NCBI RefSeq assembly: GCF_009914755.1
Contig: NC_060947.1
Source of the DNA: the human T2T-CHM13v2.0 reference genome, Homo sapiens
Strand: one strand, 5' to 3'
Length of the DNA stretch: 64,000 nt
This document shows, piece by piece, positions 42,907 through 60,580 of the stretch. Both the position numbers and the translations under genes were made by a program. Under the pieces are notes generated by a model. It saw only the letters and a list, made by a program, of their open reading frames with translations, made no database searches and had not been told where the DNA came from. The first letter of the stretch is position 1, and each line of letters starts with the position of its first letter.

Positions 42907-44634
42907 GGGAGGAAAATTAACAACTGGTTAGAGTAATAGTTTTAGAATTTGTGTATATAGATTGCTGGTACAAAATGATTGAATGCCTATGTGTTATCCT
43001 GGCTGTATAGTGAATCAAATGGGTAAACTATTAGAGATAGTATATGAGGTAAAGACAACTTTTTTTTTTACTTTTTTTCATTTTCAGAAATAACTTGCTT
43101 TTTCTTTTAGCTCTGCTGTTGCTGTGTTTATCTATATTAGTTTTTAGATGTAACAGTCTATTCAAATGTCATAATATTTGTTAGAATTTTCTGTTCTTGC
43201 ACAGGGTGGACTTTCTGTAGACAGTAGGTCTGTGGTAAAAAATAAATTTAAAAACCCCTGAACTTCTAAATGGGTGATATCCTTGGCAAACTAAAGTAAT
43301 CACATGGCTAGATATTGAATTTTTAGAATATTGAACTGTACTAAATAAGCAGATTTATTACAAAGAGGTTGTAAAGGTAGAGTTAGGTTCTAATCTTAAC
43401 TCCTCTGTGGCTTTAGCTACATCACTATGCTGGCTCTTCTTCATGTTTGTATCTGTCATCTTCTCTGTCATCATCATATATTGTTCTCCCCAGTTGTGTT
43501 TCATTTGACTTCATCACGCCTGCCAACCAGGTCCCTAATGTTATTTTTCAGATGTTTTATTCTCTGAAAAACGTTGTTGCTCCTTCTTTTGTGGATTTTT
43601 TATATAATTTTTTCATCCTTTTTTTTCTAGAGCTCTACCAGCTTGGCTTTTACTTCCCCTTTTATAATTTTTCTTAAAAAGATCTTTATTTTTATCAAAG
43701 TACCATATGTACATAATTAAAGTTAGGCATACAGAGGGCTTGCCATAAAAAGTAACAACTGATGCCCCACCCTTTCCTATTCCTAATGTTGCTCACCCTG
43801 TGGCAACCCTGTTAACTCTTTTGTTTTGTCTGGTAGTTTTCTCCTTATTTCTAAATAATATGCTTATAATGTTATGTATTACCTTATCTATTTTAGATAT
43901 TATCTATTGCCTGCCTGCTATGATAGAAGAAGATTAATCTCACATCAATCTTCATCACCCTGTCCTTATCATCAACAATACAGTTATGATTTTTAGTTTC
44001 TCTCGTCTAAAGTAAACCTTCTTTGATCTTTTTTACATAATCTATGAAGAATAATACCTGTAGTCCATCTAGATTTGTTTGTTGCAAATTTTATGCATAG
44101 ATCCTCTGGTCACTTTCTGATCATTGATTTGAAAAATTAAGTTCTATTTATTTTTTTCCACACTGGCGAAAGTTCTCAGGGAACTCAAAGATAGTTAAAC
44201 ATTTTAACTATCCCTCTTGATACTCTCTGCTTTTGAATTTACCAAGCAGAGGAGAGAGCAGGAGTCTCAATTTTTAGTGGTTCCCTATTTTCTTATGCTA
44301 TTCGATCCCACTCATGATTTGTCTTGGAATTGGTCTGGCTATCTACTATGAAGAGTGGTATGGTGTATGTGCACAGATGTGCACATACACACTTATGTGC
44401 ACAAGGCACGTACTAGTACATATTTCCAAACTCATGCATGTAAAAGAGATGATAAAGGGGACCTGGATTAACTCACAGCCTGAACTTGAGCTTGTTTTCT
44501 TGTGTACCTTTGTTCCTAATTTTTAAAAAATTTCCTTTATCTTGAGAATGTCTTCCCGAGGTTTTGCAATCAGTGATCTTTGTAGCAGTGTCAACCTAAC
44601 CTCCTGCCTCAAGGATTGTGTGTGTGTGTTAGTG

Positions 44635-45395
44635 TGTTTTATTTTTTTTAAGATGAACTCTATTTTTTACAGCAGTTTTAGGTGCACAGCAAAATCAAGC
44701 AGAAAGCAGAGTTCTCATATTCCCTCTATTCCCACACACCCACAGGTTACCTGCTATTGACATCCTACACCACAGTGATACATTTGTTGCAGTCAAGGAA
44801 CTTATGTTGACACATCATTCACCCAGAGTCCATAGTTCAGGTTCACTCTTGGTGTGCCTTGTGTGATTTTAGGCAAATACATAATGGCATGGATTTACCA
44901 TTATAGTAGAACATACAGAGTAATTCCACTGCCATAAAAATCCTCTATTCACCACCTGTTTATTCTTCCCTCCCTTTAACTCCTGGCAACCACTGATCTT
45001 TTCCTGTCTCTATAGTTTTGCCTTTTCCAGAATGACATATAGTTGGAATGATAGAGTATGTAGCCTTTTCAGACTGGCTTCTTTCACTTAGTAATATGCA
45101 TCTAAGGTTCCACCATGTTTTTTTCATGGCTGGATAGCTCATTTCTTTGTAGCACTGTATGATATTCCATTGTCTGAATGTACCACTGTTTATCCGTTCA
45201 CCTACTGAAGGACATTTTGGTTGTTTCTAAATTACAGCAATTATGAATAAAGCTGCTATAAACATCCAAGTGCAGGTTTTTATGTGGACATAAGTTTTAA
45301 CTCATTTGGGTAAATGAGTGCTATTGCTGGATCCTTTGGTAAGAGTATGTTTAGTTTTCTAAGACACTGCCAAACTGTGTTCCAAAGTAGATATA
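44635..45395 (-). mobile_element. L1MC-type 3' fragment
   Basis: AGCAGTTTTAGGTGCACAGCAAAAT...CTGGCAACCACTGATCTT...GCCAAACTGTGTTCCAAAGT; possible TSD TCAAGGATT. Confidence 0.85.
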
Positions 45396-45503
45396 TCAAG
45401 GATTTTTGCATAGGTTGTTCCTACAGCCTCCACTTTTTTTTCTAATTAGACTATACTCTTCCTTAGGACTTCTCAGCTCAGCAATCTCTCATTACCTCAT
45501 TGA

Positions 45504-46065
<562 letters not shown>

Positions 46066-47784
46066 AAATTGTATCAATGTTCTTTTTTTCCATAGTGATT
46101 GATAACTATGTTTTGATTTGGCAAGTTTATTTTGCTTGGAGAATTTTACCTATAAGATAGCAGAAAAGCTGGGCAAAATCACTTGAAACTTCATATCAGA
46201 AGAGACTAGACACAAAAGTTTTTCAAACCCCATTTTTTGTATATATGTGTCTGTGTGTGTACATATGATTGTGTATGTTTAAGTATTAAAAATGGTGTGT
46301 TTTCAAGTGAATTAATTTGTGATAGCTATTGACCTGGCAAGGAAAACATTAGGTAACTTTTTAAAAATTGTTATTATTAAGCAAGGGACATTTCTTGACT
46401 TCTCTTAAATGCCATGAATGATTAAATAGTGAATTAGAGAGTTCTGTATCTTTTAAAAAATTACTACACTAAAACTTTGCTTGCATTCTTATAGGATAAA
46501 TGTATATTGCACACAAAATCACATGTATGATTTAAATCTTAGTGAAGACTTGCATGCAGCTTATTTCTGATAATCATTTGATTACTCCTCAGTCCAAATA
46601 AAAAAAAATCTAGGTAGCAAGGCATTTATTCACATCATTCATTTTTGTGCAACAAAATAGTCTTGCAGTTGACAGTGAACTTCAGAATGCAGGTTTTCAA
46701 CTCAGGGCAATAATTATTAACATGAATATTCACCTTATGAATATTGACTATATGAATATGCAAGCTATTAATGGAGTCAAATGTCTTTGAAAGTCACACT
46801 CTAGGGACACTTGTTGCAATTCTTCACTCTTTATGGCTGGATTATATATGCTTTCCCGTGGCAGTATTGATTACACAGTGAAGATTTATTCTCTTTCACC
46901 ATTGGAGTTACATAGTCCTAGTGAAGAGGAAGTGGGGCACATGCAAGATGTAATGTGCTGCTTTGCCTCATCTTTATTTCTATTTTAAGCTTCAATGACC
47001 TAGACTAGAGTATTTTACAAGAAATTTTATGTGTGATTAAGAGTGAGTCTTTTCATGTTTGTTTAATGATGAGAAACGATTAGGGTTTGAGGGAGTGACT
47101 GCTACCCAGTATGTATTTAAACATAGCCAAAAGTAGCAGTCTTATCATAGAAATATTTTCATAGACGTAATAGCATGAGAATAAGATGCATTTGTTGTCT
47201 TCTTTGCTTTTGGTTTAATCTTTTTTTTTTTTTTTCTTCTTGTCTTGCAGTATCCTTCCAAAACAAAAGGCATAACCTAACACTTTTATTGTGCTTTGAG
47301 TACCTCTCCTCTGGACCAGGTCAACCATACAACTCTTTCAGTCATCTGGTTAGGATAGAAAACTTATTTTGCCTTAGTGTTAACACATCTCAGATGACAA
47401 CGGATAAACTGAGCCTTTAATATAATAAGTGCACAACATTTTGCAGATATGTTTAATCATTGTCCCTTCAATAGGGGTTTGGTTTTGATTTTGTTCTGAT
47501 GCTGCTACCATTTTAAAAAATGCCTTTAGGATTGTTTGGGAACTGTATTCAGAATTAATTTTGTAAGAAACATGAGAAAGCTATTCTTATGGTCACATTA
47601 GTTTTGAGTCTAGGATATACTTGAGAGCCTGCAATAGTAATCAGAGTTTATTGTTTTTGAAAAGGAGCAAGTGATTTGAGTATGTACATTCTAGTGTATT
47701 AAAGAATGAATTCAATCCTTATATTATTTTCATACCTTATAATGGAGATAAGTTAGTTACTGATGTATAGTCTCTTATGTATTG

Positions 47785-49110
47785 TTTATTTCAGCAGCTT
47801 TATTATTTAAATATAATTGACATACAGTAAGCTGCACATACTTAATGTGTACAGTTTACTAAACTTTGCGTATGTGAAAACCACCCTCACAATCAAGACA
47901 GTGAACATATTCATCACCCTCAAAGGGGTTATACCTCTTGGTTACCTCCCGTCCCTCTCTTCCATCCCCAAACTGAGAATTAGTTTGCATTTTTGTCAGT
48001 TTTCTGGAAGAGTTGCCGTAGAATTGATGTTTACTAGAACACCCCAGTAAAGCCATAGTGTTGGGTCTTCTCTCATTGTTTATCAGTTTTATGGATCTTC
48101 AAAGAAGCAACTTTTGGTTTTATTTTTCTATATTTTGATATTTCATGATTTAAATTTTGACCCATTATTTCTTTTAGCTTGCTTACTTTGAGTTTCATTT
48201 GCTTTTCTTTTTCTATTTGCCTAAGGTGACAGCGAAGGTCATTGATTTGAGTACTTAAGAGCTTATTTTATAATATAGGCATTCATTGTTAGAAATTTCT
48301 CCCCAATTACTGCTTTTTGGTGTCCCACAAATCCTTATATTTTGTGATTTTAATTTTACTTAGTTTAAATATTTTCTAATTTCTCTTCTGATTTCTTCTT
48401 CTACCGATCGTTTACTTAGAAGTGCATTGTTTATTTTCCAATTATTTGGGGATTTTGTAGAAATCTTTTGGTTTTGATTTCTAAAGACTGCTGTGGTCAG
48501 AAAATATACTTTGTATGACTTGAATACTTTTACATTTATTGAGACTTTGTTTTATGGTAAATGTTCCATGTGCACTTGACAAAAAATATGTAGTCTTCTG
48601 TTGTTGGGTCGAGTCTTGTTCGGGGCCTCCATATCCCTGCTGATTTTCTGTCTGCTTGTTCTATCAATTATTGAGAGAAGAGCACTGAAGTCTGACTGTT
48701 ACTGTGGATTTGTCTGTTTCTCCTTGTAGTTTTCTGTTTCTGCTTCGTGTATTTTGAAGCTCTGTTATTACAGGCATAACTGTTTAGGACTGTATATCCT
48801 CCCGATAATTGACCCCTTTGTCATTATGAAATGACCCTTTTTATACCAGGTGATTTTTTTTTTTTTTTGCTGTGAAATCCACTTTGCCTGATATTAATAC
48901 AGCCACTCTAACCTTCTTTTGACTAGTGTTAGCATGGTTTATCTTTTATCCTTTTATATAACATGTCTTTCCCCCACCCGCTCTGGCTGCTTTTAATATT
49001 TGCTCTTTATCACACTGGCTTTCAGTAACTTAAGATGTGCCTTGGTGTACTTTTCTTCATATTTCTTGTGCTGGGGTTCTTTGGGCTTTTGGGAATCACT
49101 GGTTTATATG
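47785..49110 (-). mobile_element. Old L1M fragments (3' end plus ORF2 pieces)
   Basis: CAGCTTTATT...ATATAATTGACATACAG; TTCAAAGAAGCAACTTTTGGTTT; TGTTCCATGTGCACTTGA; TTTTGAAGCTCTGTTATTA. Confidence 0.75.
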
Positions 49111-51158
<2,048 letters not shown>

Positions 51159-53355
51159 CAAAAACAAAAACAAAAGTAAAAAATGAAAACACAAAAACCA
51201 GTTTGTGACATGGTTAATTAAAGTGATCGGGATTTTTACAATTCTCTTTCACTTTTCTACCCTTCTACCTGAGCATCTGGTTAATCATGGCTGAACGTTA
51301 ACCAACCCCTTCCAACTTTCTTGCTTAGACTCCAGGTATAACCTCTTGGATTCGGGTCAAAATTGCTTACTCAATAATTATCTTAACCTCAATCTGACAG
51401 TCTCCTTTTATTTTGCTTAATAGTTATTTGGCAATTCCTTTACTGAACTTCATTAGTCCTTAAAAACTGTGTACATATAGCTTCTTTCAGTTTCCAAACA
51501 TTTTTCCTTCTAATTATTGTTTCTCTGGTCATGTGATGTATCTTTTCCTTGCCTGTTGTTTATTACAAAAATCTCTCCAGCCTTGGTCAAAATTCTATCC
51601 TTCTGGGCTCACATACCACAGGCTCCAGCTCAGGCACATATTGTATTTTTATTAAAAATATAGCATAGATACAGAATTTTGGTACTAACAAGAACAATAC
51701 AGTTTATTACTTACACTCGAAGAGATTGAGAGCATACTTCTCAGTCTCTCTTCTAGGTTTTGCCTTGTCACATGATGCTTAAGGTATTTTCACCCTTGAT
51801 TATTGGAAAAATTCAGCAAAACCTTATTAGAATACTTTAAATATATATAATACAGTTTGGGGATTATTTTATTAGCATAACTTTGTATGTTCTTTAAGCT
51901 AGAACATTCTCATTGGTCATGCTGGCAGGGAAAAGAGAAGCCAGAAGAAAATTCAAGTCACTGTTCCGTAAGAACAAATGTTAACATTTGGGCTGGATGG
52001 TCACATCAACATGGATTTTGACAGAAAATGTCCTGTCAATTTGATGGATTTTACTTGTGATAAATATACTTCCAGAGAGCTTGCAACAAACCACTCGGTT
52101 ATAAATGGGTATTTCTGAAGTAATCCTTTCTGATTTGTTTTCAGTTCTAGTCCCTCCCCAATAAAACTGTACCCTAGAATGATGTAATTAAAACATATGA
52201 GATGTAGAGACTAGGAAACTTTTTAGTAACATGTTATACATGTGACCTCATTGTATACTGGTTTTCCTTGTCCTGATTCCATTCAGTAGGACTCTTAGGC
52301 CTGTGGTTCTACCTTCTTACTGGAACTGGAGGGAAGCTTCTGTTTGACCAAGCTAGGTCAAAGAAAATGAATTTTTTTGCTGTTGGCTGTCTCCAGAGTT
52401 TATCTTGAAATCATCAAGTACCTGAGGGATTAAGTTAATATACTCATTTTGCATGTTGCTGGAACTAAAATTAGGTAGAAGAAAGCAGAAACTGGGAAGT
52501 TTTTATGTTTGTTTAAAGATTTATTATGTATTATGGGTGTATCTAATCTTCTTGTCATGTAATTTAAATAAATAGGATAAATATTTTTAATGCAAATCCA
52601 AACTGAAAATTCACTTTGCAGAGATCATTAACATTTATTTCATGTCATTGTCCTTCTATAGTTTTAAAATGCAAATACCATGGGAAAATCTTCTGGTATA
52701 TGCTCATGAGAGTGCATTTGTTGCTTACTGACTGTTTTATATTTTACAGTTGGCTAGTCAAGTGCTGACTAATGAACACAAAGCCTGTGTTTGAAAATAA
52801 ATTTAACAGCTTTATACACAAGCTAAGTTTATGTAAAGTGATCTAGGAGACACATGACCTTTGTGCTCCATAGCCCTTGCTCAAATTCTGAAAGTAAACT
52901 ATGTAAATGATCTAACATGTCAGGTCAAACAGTTTCAGTGGTTTTCAGCCAAGGGAACTATTGAATATGTTGAGGTGCTTCCCTCTACTATGATGGGTCA
53001 TGCATCATACCATAGTACTCTGTTTGCTGTTTACCTTGTGAAGGTGTATTTGCTGCTGGAACCATGATGCTGCATACAGGACAGAGAACATTATATGGTT
53101 CTGTTTTTACCTCAGTATGCCTTGGTTTCCTAATCAGAAAAACGGGAATAATAATAATAGCTACATTACAGGTTTGTTTTAGGAATTAATTAAATCAGAG
53201 AACTAAAAACAATGCCTGGCACATAGAAGGTGCTCAGTGAATCATAAATAGTAGTACTAATAGTAGTGATGCTCTCTCTTTAGGTCTAGCTTTTCTTTTT
53301 TCTTTTTAATATACAAATTATAAATTAACAATTTCCTTTTAGGTATTCATGTCTA

Positions 53356-53689
<334 letters not shown>

Positions 53690-55215
53690 TCATTCATTCG
53701 TTCCCTCCTTCTCTCCTCTTTCTCTCTTCCCTTGTCCCTGTTTCCTTCCCTTCCTCTACTGTATTTCCTTGACTTGTTGCTGTCTAGCTGCAGCAGTGTA
53801 GGCAAACCAGGCAGGCTCTAATGGCTAAAAATTGGTTTGTTTGGGCTACATTTAAAATAATTGGATATGTAGCAATTTGAGGTGGGCTTTGAGCTAATGG
53901 GTCTTATGCTGCTGTGAAGAAGTAAACAACATAAGGCCAATATACAGAGGCCATCTTTAACCCATTTATGTAATATATACAAAACTATATAAGACCCACC
54001 TCCTGCCTTAGGAAATTCATACATTCTAGTGAGAAATTATCGCACTATGATAAATGCTAAAATCAAAGTTTGAACTAAGACCTTGGGAGTAATAAAAAAT
54101 TCCACTTTTGTGGTGTTTCCAGGTTTTTTCAAGCATATTGTAGCTCAGGAAGCACTCTACATTGTTGGCTACTGGCGACTGACATTGCATCATAACTTTT
54201 AAGTTTTAAAACTGTGTCACCCTTTCAATATCTGTGGGTTACGTGTTCATATTCAGTTATGTTTGTAGCTTTGAGTCTACATACAGTCTCATTTCTGCAT
54301 TTCATGTGAAAGAAAATGCCAGTCTTAGCACATTCTCTTATGCTATTAATGGAGAGGGGAAGAAGCCATTCTAGTTCCTTCCTAAAAAAAGTGATCACTG
54401 TTTAAAGCTCAAGTAGGTGGGTGCTTGTGTATAGTTCATGAAATTTGGGATACTCAGAGCTCAGTGAATACCTGAAAATGAAGAGACCTTTTAACCTGGT
54501 GGGTCAAGTTTGACTTAAGTTCTTGAACAAATTCACTGTAAGTACTCTAGAGGCAGTGTTTATGAGGGAATTTAGATGCCAGGATAATTTTTTTAAATAG
54601 AAGGAATAAATTGCCCCTTGTTTCCCAATTAAGACACCTAAGAAGCTTGATCTGTAATCATGTCTTCTGTGGTTACTCTCTGAAGTCTTATGTTGAAATA
54701 AGTGGCTGTCTCTCTTCTGTCCCTTTATGTACCATCACTGGTATAGCCAGTCCTGCCTATAGAAAGGAAAAATCAAGTTTTTTACACCTCGTGTTAGAAT
54801 GGGTATTTTCTACAGAAACTGTTTCAAAGGAGAATGGAGTTGGAATACTACTTACTACCAGTGTGACTCTGAAGGTGTATTATAGATTTTTATAGGATTT
54901 TAATAAGGTTTTTTAAAGCTGATTTGCGAATTCAACCATCATTGAGAACTTTGTTTCTGTAAGAAAATGTAGTCGCAGAACTAACTCCATATGTTTCATC
55001 AGGGCTACGAAGGGCCCATGTATGTAGAAAACTTCAGTAGTATTGATTATGGCTACTAAATAGGTAATTTTGTTGAAAATAAGTTTAACATTATTAGCAA
55101 ATAGAATGGTAATTGAAGAGAAGTTAATTTAGGAATTTTGTAAAAAACTTGGCTATGATTATGGTACTGACACAGTAATGTGGGGCCAGAACTTATGGTA
55201 ACCCCATAAGAGTGA

Positions 55216-55532
<317 letters not shown>

Positions 55533-57969
55533 TAAATTTTTAAGCGTATCTTTATTTGTTTTTCAGTGATCTACTGACTGTAAATCATTCTGTCAGCTTC
55601 ATAGTAACATTTAATTTCAACCTACCCAGTCCCTAATTGGCCAAACTGTTATAAAACCAAATTACGCAGCAGTGAGGAAAATAGAAACTTGAATGAATGC
55701 TATTAAAATAAGTTTAGACCATCTCAAATTTATCCTCATAATTCAGACTTTCTCTGTTTTCAAAGAAGACGTCTCATACACACTGAGTGTTATTGGCAGA
55801 TTTGACATGGCTGGAGTCTTATGTGCAGAAATATAATATGTATCTGTCAGTGGTTTTCAGGAGCCCCTATGAAAGGGCTTGATTTTGCTGGTTTGAAGCC
55901 TTTGTTGGCATCAGCAAAGTCAAAGAGTTGTAGGCAAGGTTAACAGCCACTTCATATTTAATGGGTTTATGCAAACCGTGATCTATATATTGATTATATA
56001 AAATACATCACTGTTGTCTTAACATCCAGATGAAAAGGAAAAAAATGTTTTCTACATCAAAATCTTTAGACTTAAAAATCTCTGTGATTCATAATATTAA
56101 TTAAAAGAGAAAATAAAAATCTGAATAATTTGCTTTGACCTGTGTATGTATAAGGGTCATTATAAGGGTTAGTGCTTGGGTTGCTTGTGAGTTTTCAGGC
56201 AAAGGGACATACAGCTCATCTTTTTTATATTGCAACTGATCAGTGATTAATACTTAAGAGGCTTCAGGGGCTAAGTATAGTTGCTGATTTATTTGCAGCT
56301 CTTACTCCACTTCAATTATTTAAATACAGCGAAGAGTCCGTCGTGAGAAACACAACAGAGTAGGAGAAATTTGAGATCTATCAGCATAAACAGATACAAG
56401 TGTTGCTTTGCCCCAAATCATAAAAAGTAAAAAAATTAAAACTACCTGTTAATTCATTGTGATATTATTTGTAAAACACAGTGACATAAATGATATTTTC
56501 CTACAATGTGTTATTTATTATTTTGACAATTTCTGTCACTATGTTGAGAAAGAATCTCTTATCCAAATTAAAACTAAGTAAAAAACTATTTAAGGAACAT
56601 TATGAGACAAAAGGTTTTTTCAGTTATCACTACTCAGCATAGAATCTGAAGCCCATTGGGGGAAAAATGAAGTTTATAAAATTGAGTAATTTATAATATT
56701 AAATTTTTCCAAAAACACTTTTTAAATTTTCTGAAAATTATTTTTTGTTCACCATATAATCACATTCTGTTTAAGCTTCTACGTTTTAAATATTTGATAT
56801 AATATTTAGTGATTTTTAAAGTTCTTCCTGTGTGAGTAAATGAGCTGTTTTTGTTTTCCATGTAGAGAAGTTTGTCTGCTTTCACTCTGGAAATGATTTC
56901 TTATGGGTTAACGCCTTTGGATACATGTGTTCCAAGAGCTAAACAACTGCTATACAAGTGAATTTTGAGACATGGCCCATTCCTGAATTGGGGATTGTTT
57001 GCAAATTCAAGACCATCAGTTAAAAGTACTAATAGTGAAGTTAACTTAAATCACTGTATGACTTTTATGTATTTTTTCCTACAAAAAATATAATAATACC
57101 TTATTCACAACTCAGGTATAATTTTCAGTTTTTGGCAATTTATACTCTTGAATTTTTAAAGCAGTGAATCATTTTGTTTTGTCAGATTAATTTTGCAACT
57201 ACATCAGAAAACTAAATGATGTGGTTATTTGTAAAAGCTGCTTGAAGTAGACAGATAGCAAGTCATTGTGAGGTGAAGTATCTCCAGAGTGATAATCATA
57301 GCCATTTAGAGGTTATTTTTGCATTATAAAGATAGTAATCATAACAACAGATATTTAAATTACTCTATTTAATACAAACAGCAATCATATGTCTGGGTAC
57401 ATTGCTTCAATAACAAGCGTTATTTTAAACAAAATTATATATACTAACTGCCTTATCTATTTATATTGCTCCCATCCTAGGCTAAGCTTTTATCATCTTG
57501 CAACTGGATCACATTCTCTCTCTGTCGCTCTCTTCCTCTGTCTCTCTCCTCCCCCAGCCCCAATTCTGTCAATCATCACAGGTTTGAGTACTTACTATGT
57601 GCTAGAAATAGTGCAAAAACCTGAGGACACAGTGGGAATCGAGAAAAACCTGGTCCTTACTACATTGAGTTTACAGTATTGCACAGAAGACTGATATTGA
57701 TAGGTAATTAGGATTTGATACGTGGAATGTGTTGCAGAAGGAACCATGGGAGACTATAACAGGATCAACTGTATCCTTAGCTGAGAGCAGAACAGTTGAG
57801 TAGAAGATGGCTAGATGATTAAGAAAGAGGTGAGGTGGGATGGAGCGGGTGCTGTAAGCAGAGCAAAGAGCACCTGGAAAGGCCGAGACTGAAAAAGAGC
57901 TGGAGCTCTAACCAGTATTGTTATACTGATGAAGACTGTTGCACACAGATTTCAGAATATAGATAGATG

Positions 57970-58196
57970 TTCTAGAGTGTGTGTTCTAGTCAGACCTGAA
58001 TGCTAATCTGGACTGTGTAATTTATTATCTTTGTGATTTAGGCAAATGACTTAATGACTGTAAACCTTGATTTCCTGATGAGTAAAACAAGACAGTACCT
58101 TCTTGTACATAGGATTATTGTGAGGATTTAAACAAGGCAATGCCTGTAAAGCTCTTAGCATAGTGCCTATAAATGCTCAGTAAATGGTAGCTATTA
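57970..58196. mobile_element. MIR
   Basis: AGTCAGACCTG...GGCAAATGACTTAA...ATAGGATTATTGTGAGGATTTAA...GCTCAGTAAATGGTAGCTATTA. Confidence 0.8.
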
Positions 58197-58281
58197 GTTA
58201 GGTAGAATAGACCAAACTTGCTGATCTCTGCAAGCCGCCTTTTTAGCCTTTGATTCCTTCTTTAGTTTATTCTCAATATTA

Positions 58282-58584
58282 CAGGTCCATAACCCTTTTC
58301 TGAAATTCTGAAATATGAATGCTCTGAAAACACTCTTATCATTTGGCCACAAGCCCCAACCTTCTTAAGGCCGTATAGGTACTCTTTATTTATCCTGTTT
58401 TGTGAAATATCCATGTTTTCCTTTTAAACTTGAATACATTTGAGTTAATGTGTTACCCCAGATCCTGCTTAGTGTGTTTTGTAAGATATGATACACCTAG
58501 CATATTCCTTTCTAAAACATGAAACATGCTGAGTTCCAAGACGTGTTTGGCTTGAAAGGTTTCAAATAAAAGATTGTACACGTG
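58282..58584. mobile_element. MER46C-like Tigger-derived MITE
   Basis: TA+CAGGTCCATAACCCTT... with a degenerate inverted end AAGATTGTACACGTG. Confidence 0.6.
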
Positions 58585-59086
58585 TGCCAACCCAAAGTCA
58601 GCTTTCTAAAATACCATTTTCTCCATGTCTGTCTTCAAATCAGAAAATCATAAGAACGCCTAGTGGTTTTCCAGTTTAGTTTTGACTATTCCTTGTGGTT
58701 TTCAAGACTGCCTCTAATCCACCCTACATATTCAAAATTTAATACCCTTGTACTTGAACCATTTGTTTCATAAGTCTGTTCTCTTCAACTTCCCTGAAGT
58801 AAAATGTTAATGCTGCTCCTTTTGTCTGACTTCCCTCTCTTTCTCTCTTTGTGGCTCTTCAGATCCCTACCCAACAATTAGGCCACAATTCTTTGTAGTT
58901 TCTCAATGAAGCTATATTTATCTATTTCTTCTCTGAATTCTTATTGTGCTTAAATGAATTTATTTAACAGTATTTGAGCAGATATTATGTGCCAGCTACT
59001 GTTCTAAGTGTCAGAGATCTGAAAGTGAATAAGACAGTTAAGGTCTCTACTGTTAGGGAACTTGTTTTCTAGAAAGTAGAAGACAA

Positions 59087-59409
<323 letters not shown>

Positions 59410-59512
59410 TTAATGCTGTCAAGATAAGACAGGAGGATAGTGCCTTGGGAGAAGCGACATACCTGAGAAACTCATAGTTTCGCATTTAGTTATTTTTGTT
59501 TTTATATGGTTA

Positions 59513-59811
<299 letters not shown>

Positions 59812-60168
59812 TATATGGTTAGTTTTTACTCCCTGGTTAGACTGTAAATGCCTTAAGGGAAGAATCCTTAAACTTCTATGTGCCATAAAGTGTTGGGTAT
59901 AAAATGGGTGCTTGATTAAGGTTTGGTTGAGAAATTTGTCCTTTTTTGACAGAGAAGGTAAAAATCTATTTATTAAATATAAAGCACTACTTGGCTAAAT
60001 CATTGATCTAAGAGTATCTGTTATGTACAAAGTACTGTGTTGGTTTTGAAATTTTTGTATTTGTCTAAATCTAGCTTTTTCATTTCTATTGCTTTTTATT
60101 CATAGTCTAAGAAAGAAGAACTTTCATGTCTACACAACTTTTTTTTCCCATTTGAAATGCTTTAATAT

Positions 60169-60580
60169 TGTGAACCCCATAAATTTGAGACAGGTCTCAG
60201 TTTAGAAAGTTTATTTTGCCAAGGTTGACAATGCGCTTGTGACACAGCCTCAGGAAGTCCTGATGACATGTGCCCAAGGTGGTCAGTGCACAGCTTGCTT
60301 TTATACATGTTAGGGAGACATGAGACATCAATCAATATGTAAGAAGTACATTAGTTCCATCCAGAAATGTGGAGACAACTCAAAGTAAGGCCTCCCTACT
60401 GGGGGCTTCCAGGTCACAGGTAGGTGAGAGTCAGATGGTTACATTCTTTTGAGTTTCTGGTAAGTCTTTTCAAAAGAGGCAATCAGAATATGCATTTGTC
60501 TCTGTGAGCAGAGGGATGACTTTGAATAGAATAAGAGGCGGTTCCCAGCTTGAAGAGGCCCAAGATATTTTCCTTTCACA
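60169..60580 (-). mobile_element. MER4A-type (ERV1) solo LTR
   Basis: TG...AAAGTTTATTTTGCCAAGGTTGA...GACATGTGCCCAAGGTGGTC...TTTTCCTTTCACA; 4-bp TSD (A/G)TAT. Confidence 0.85.
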
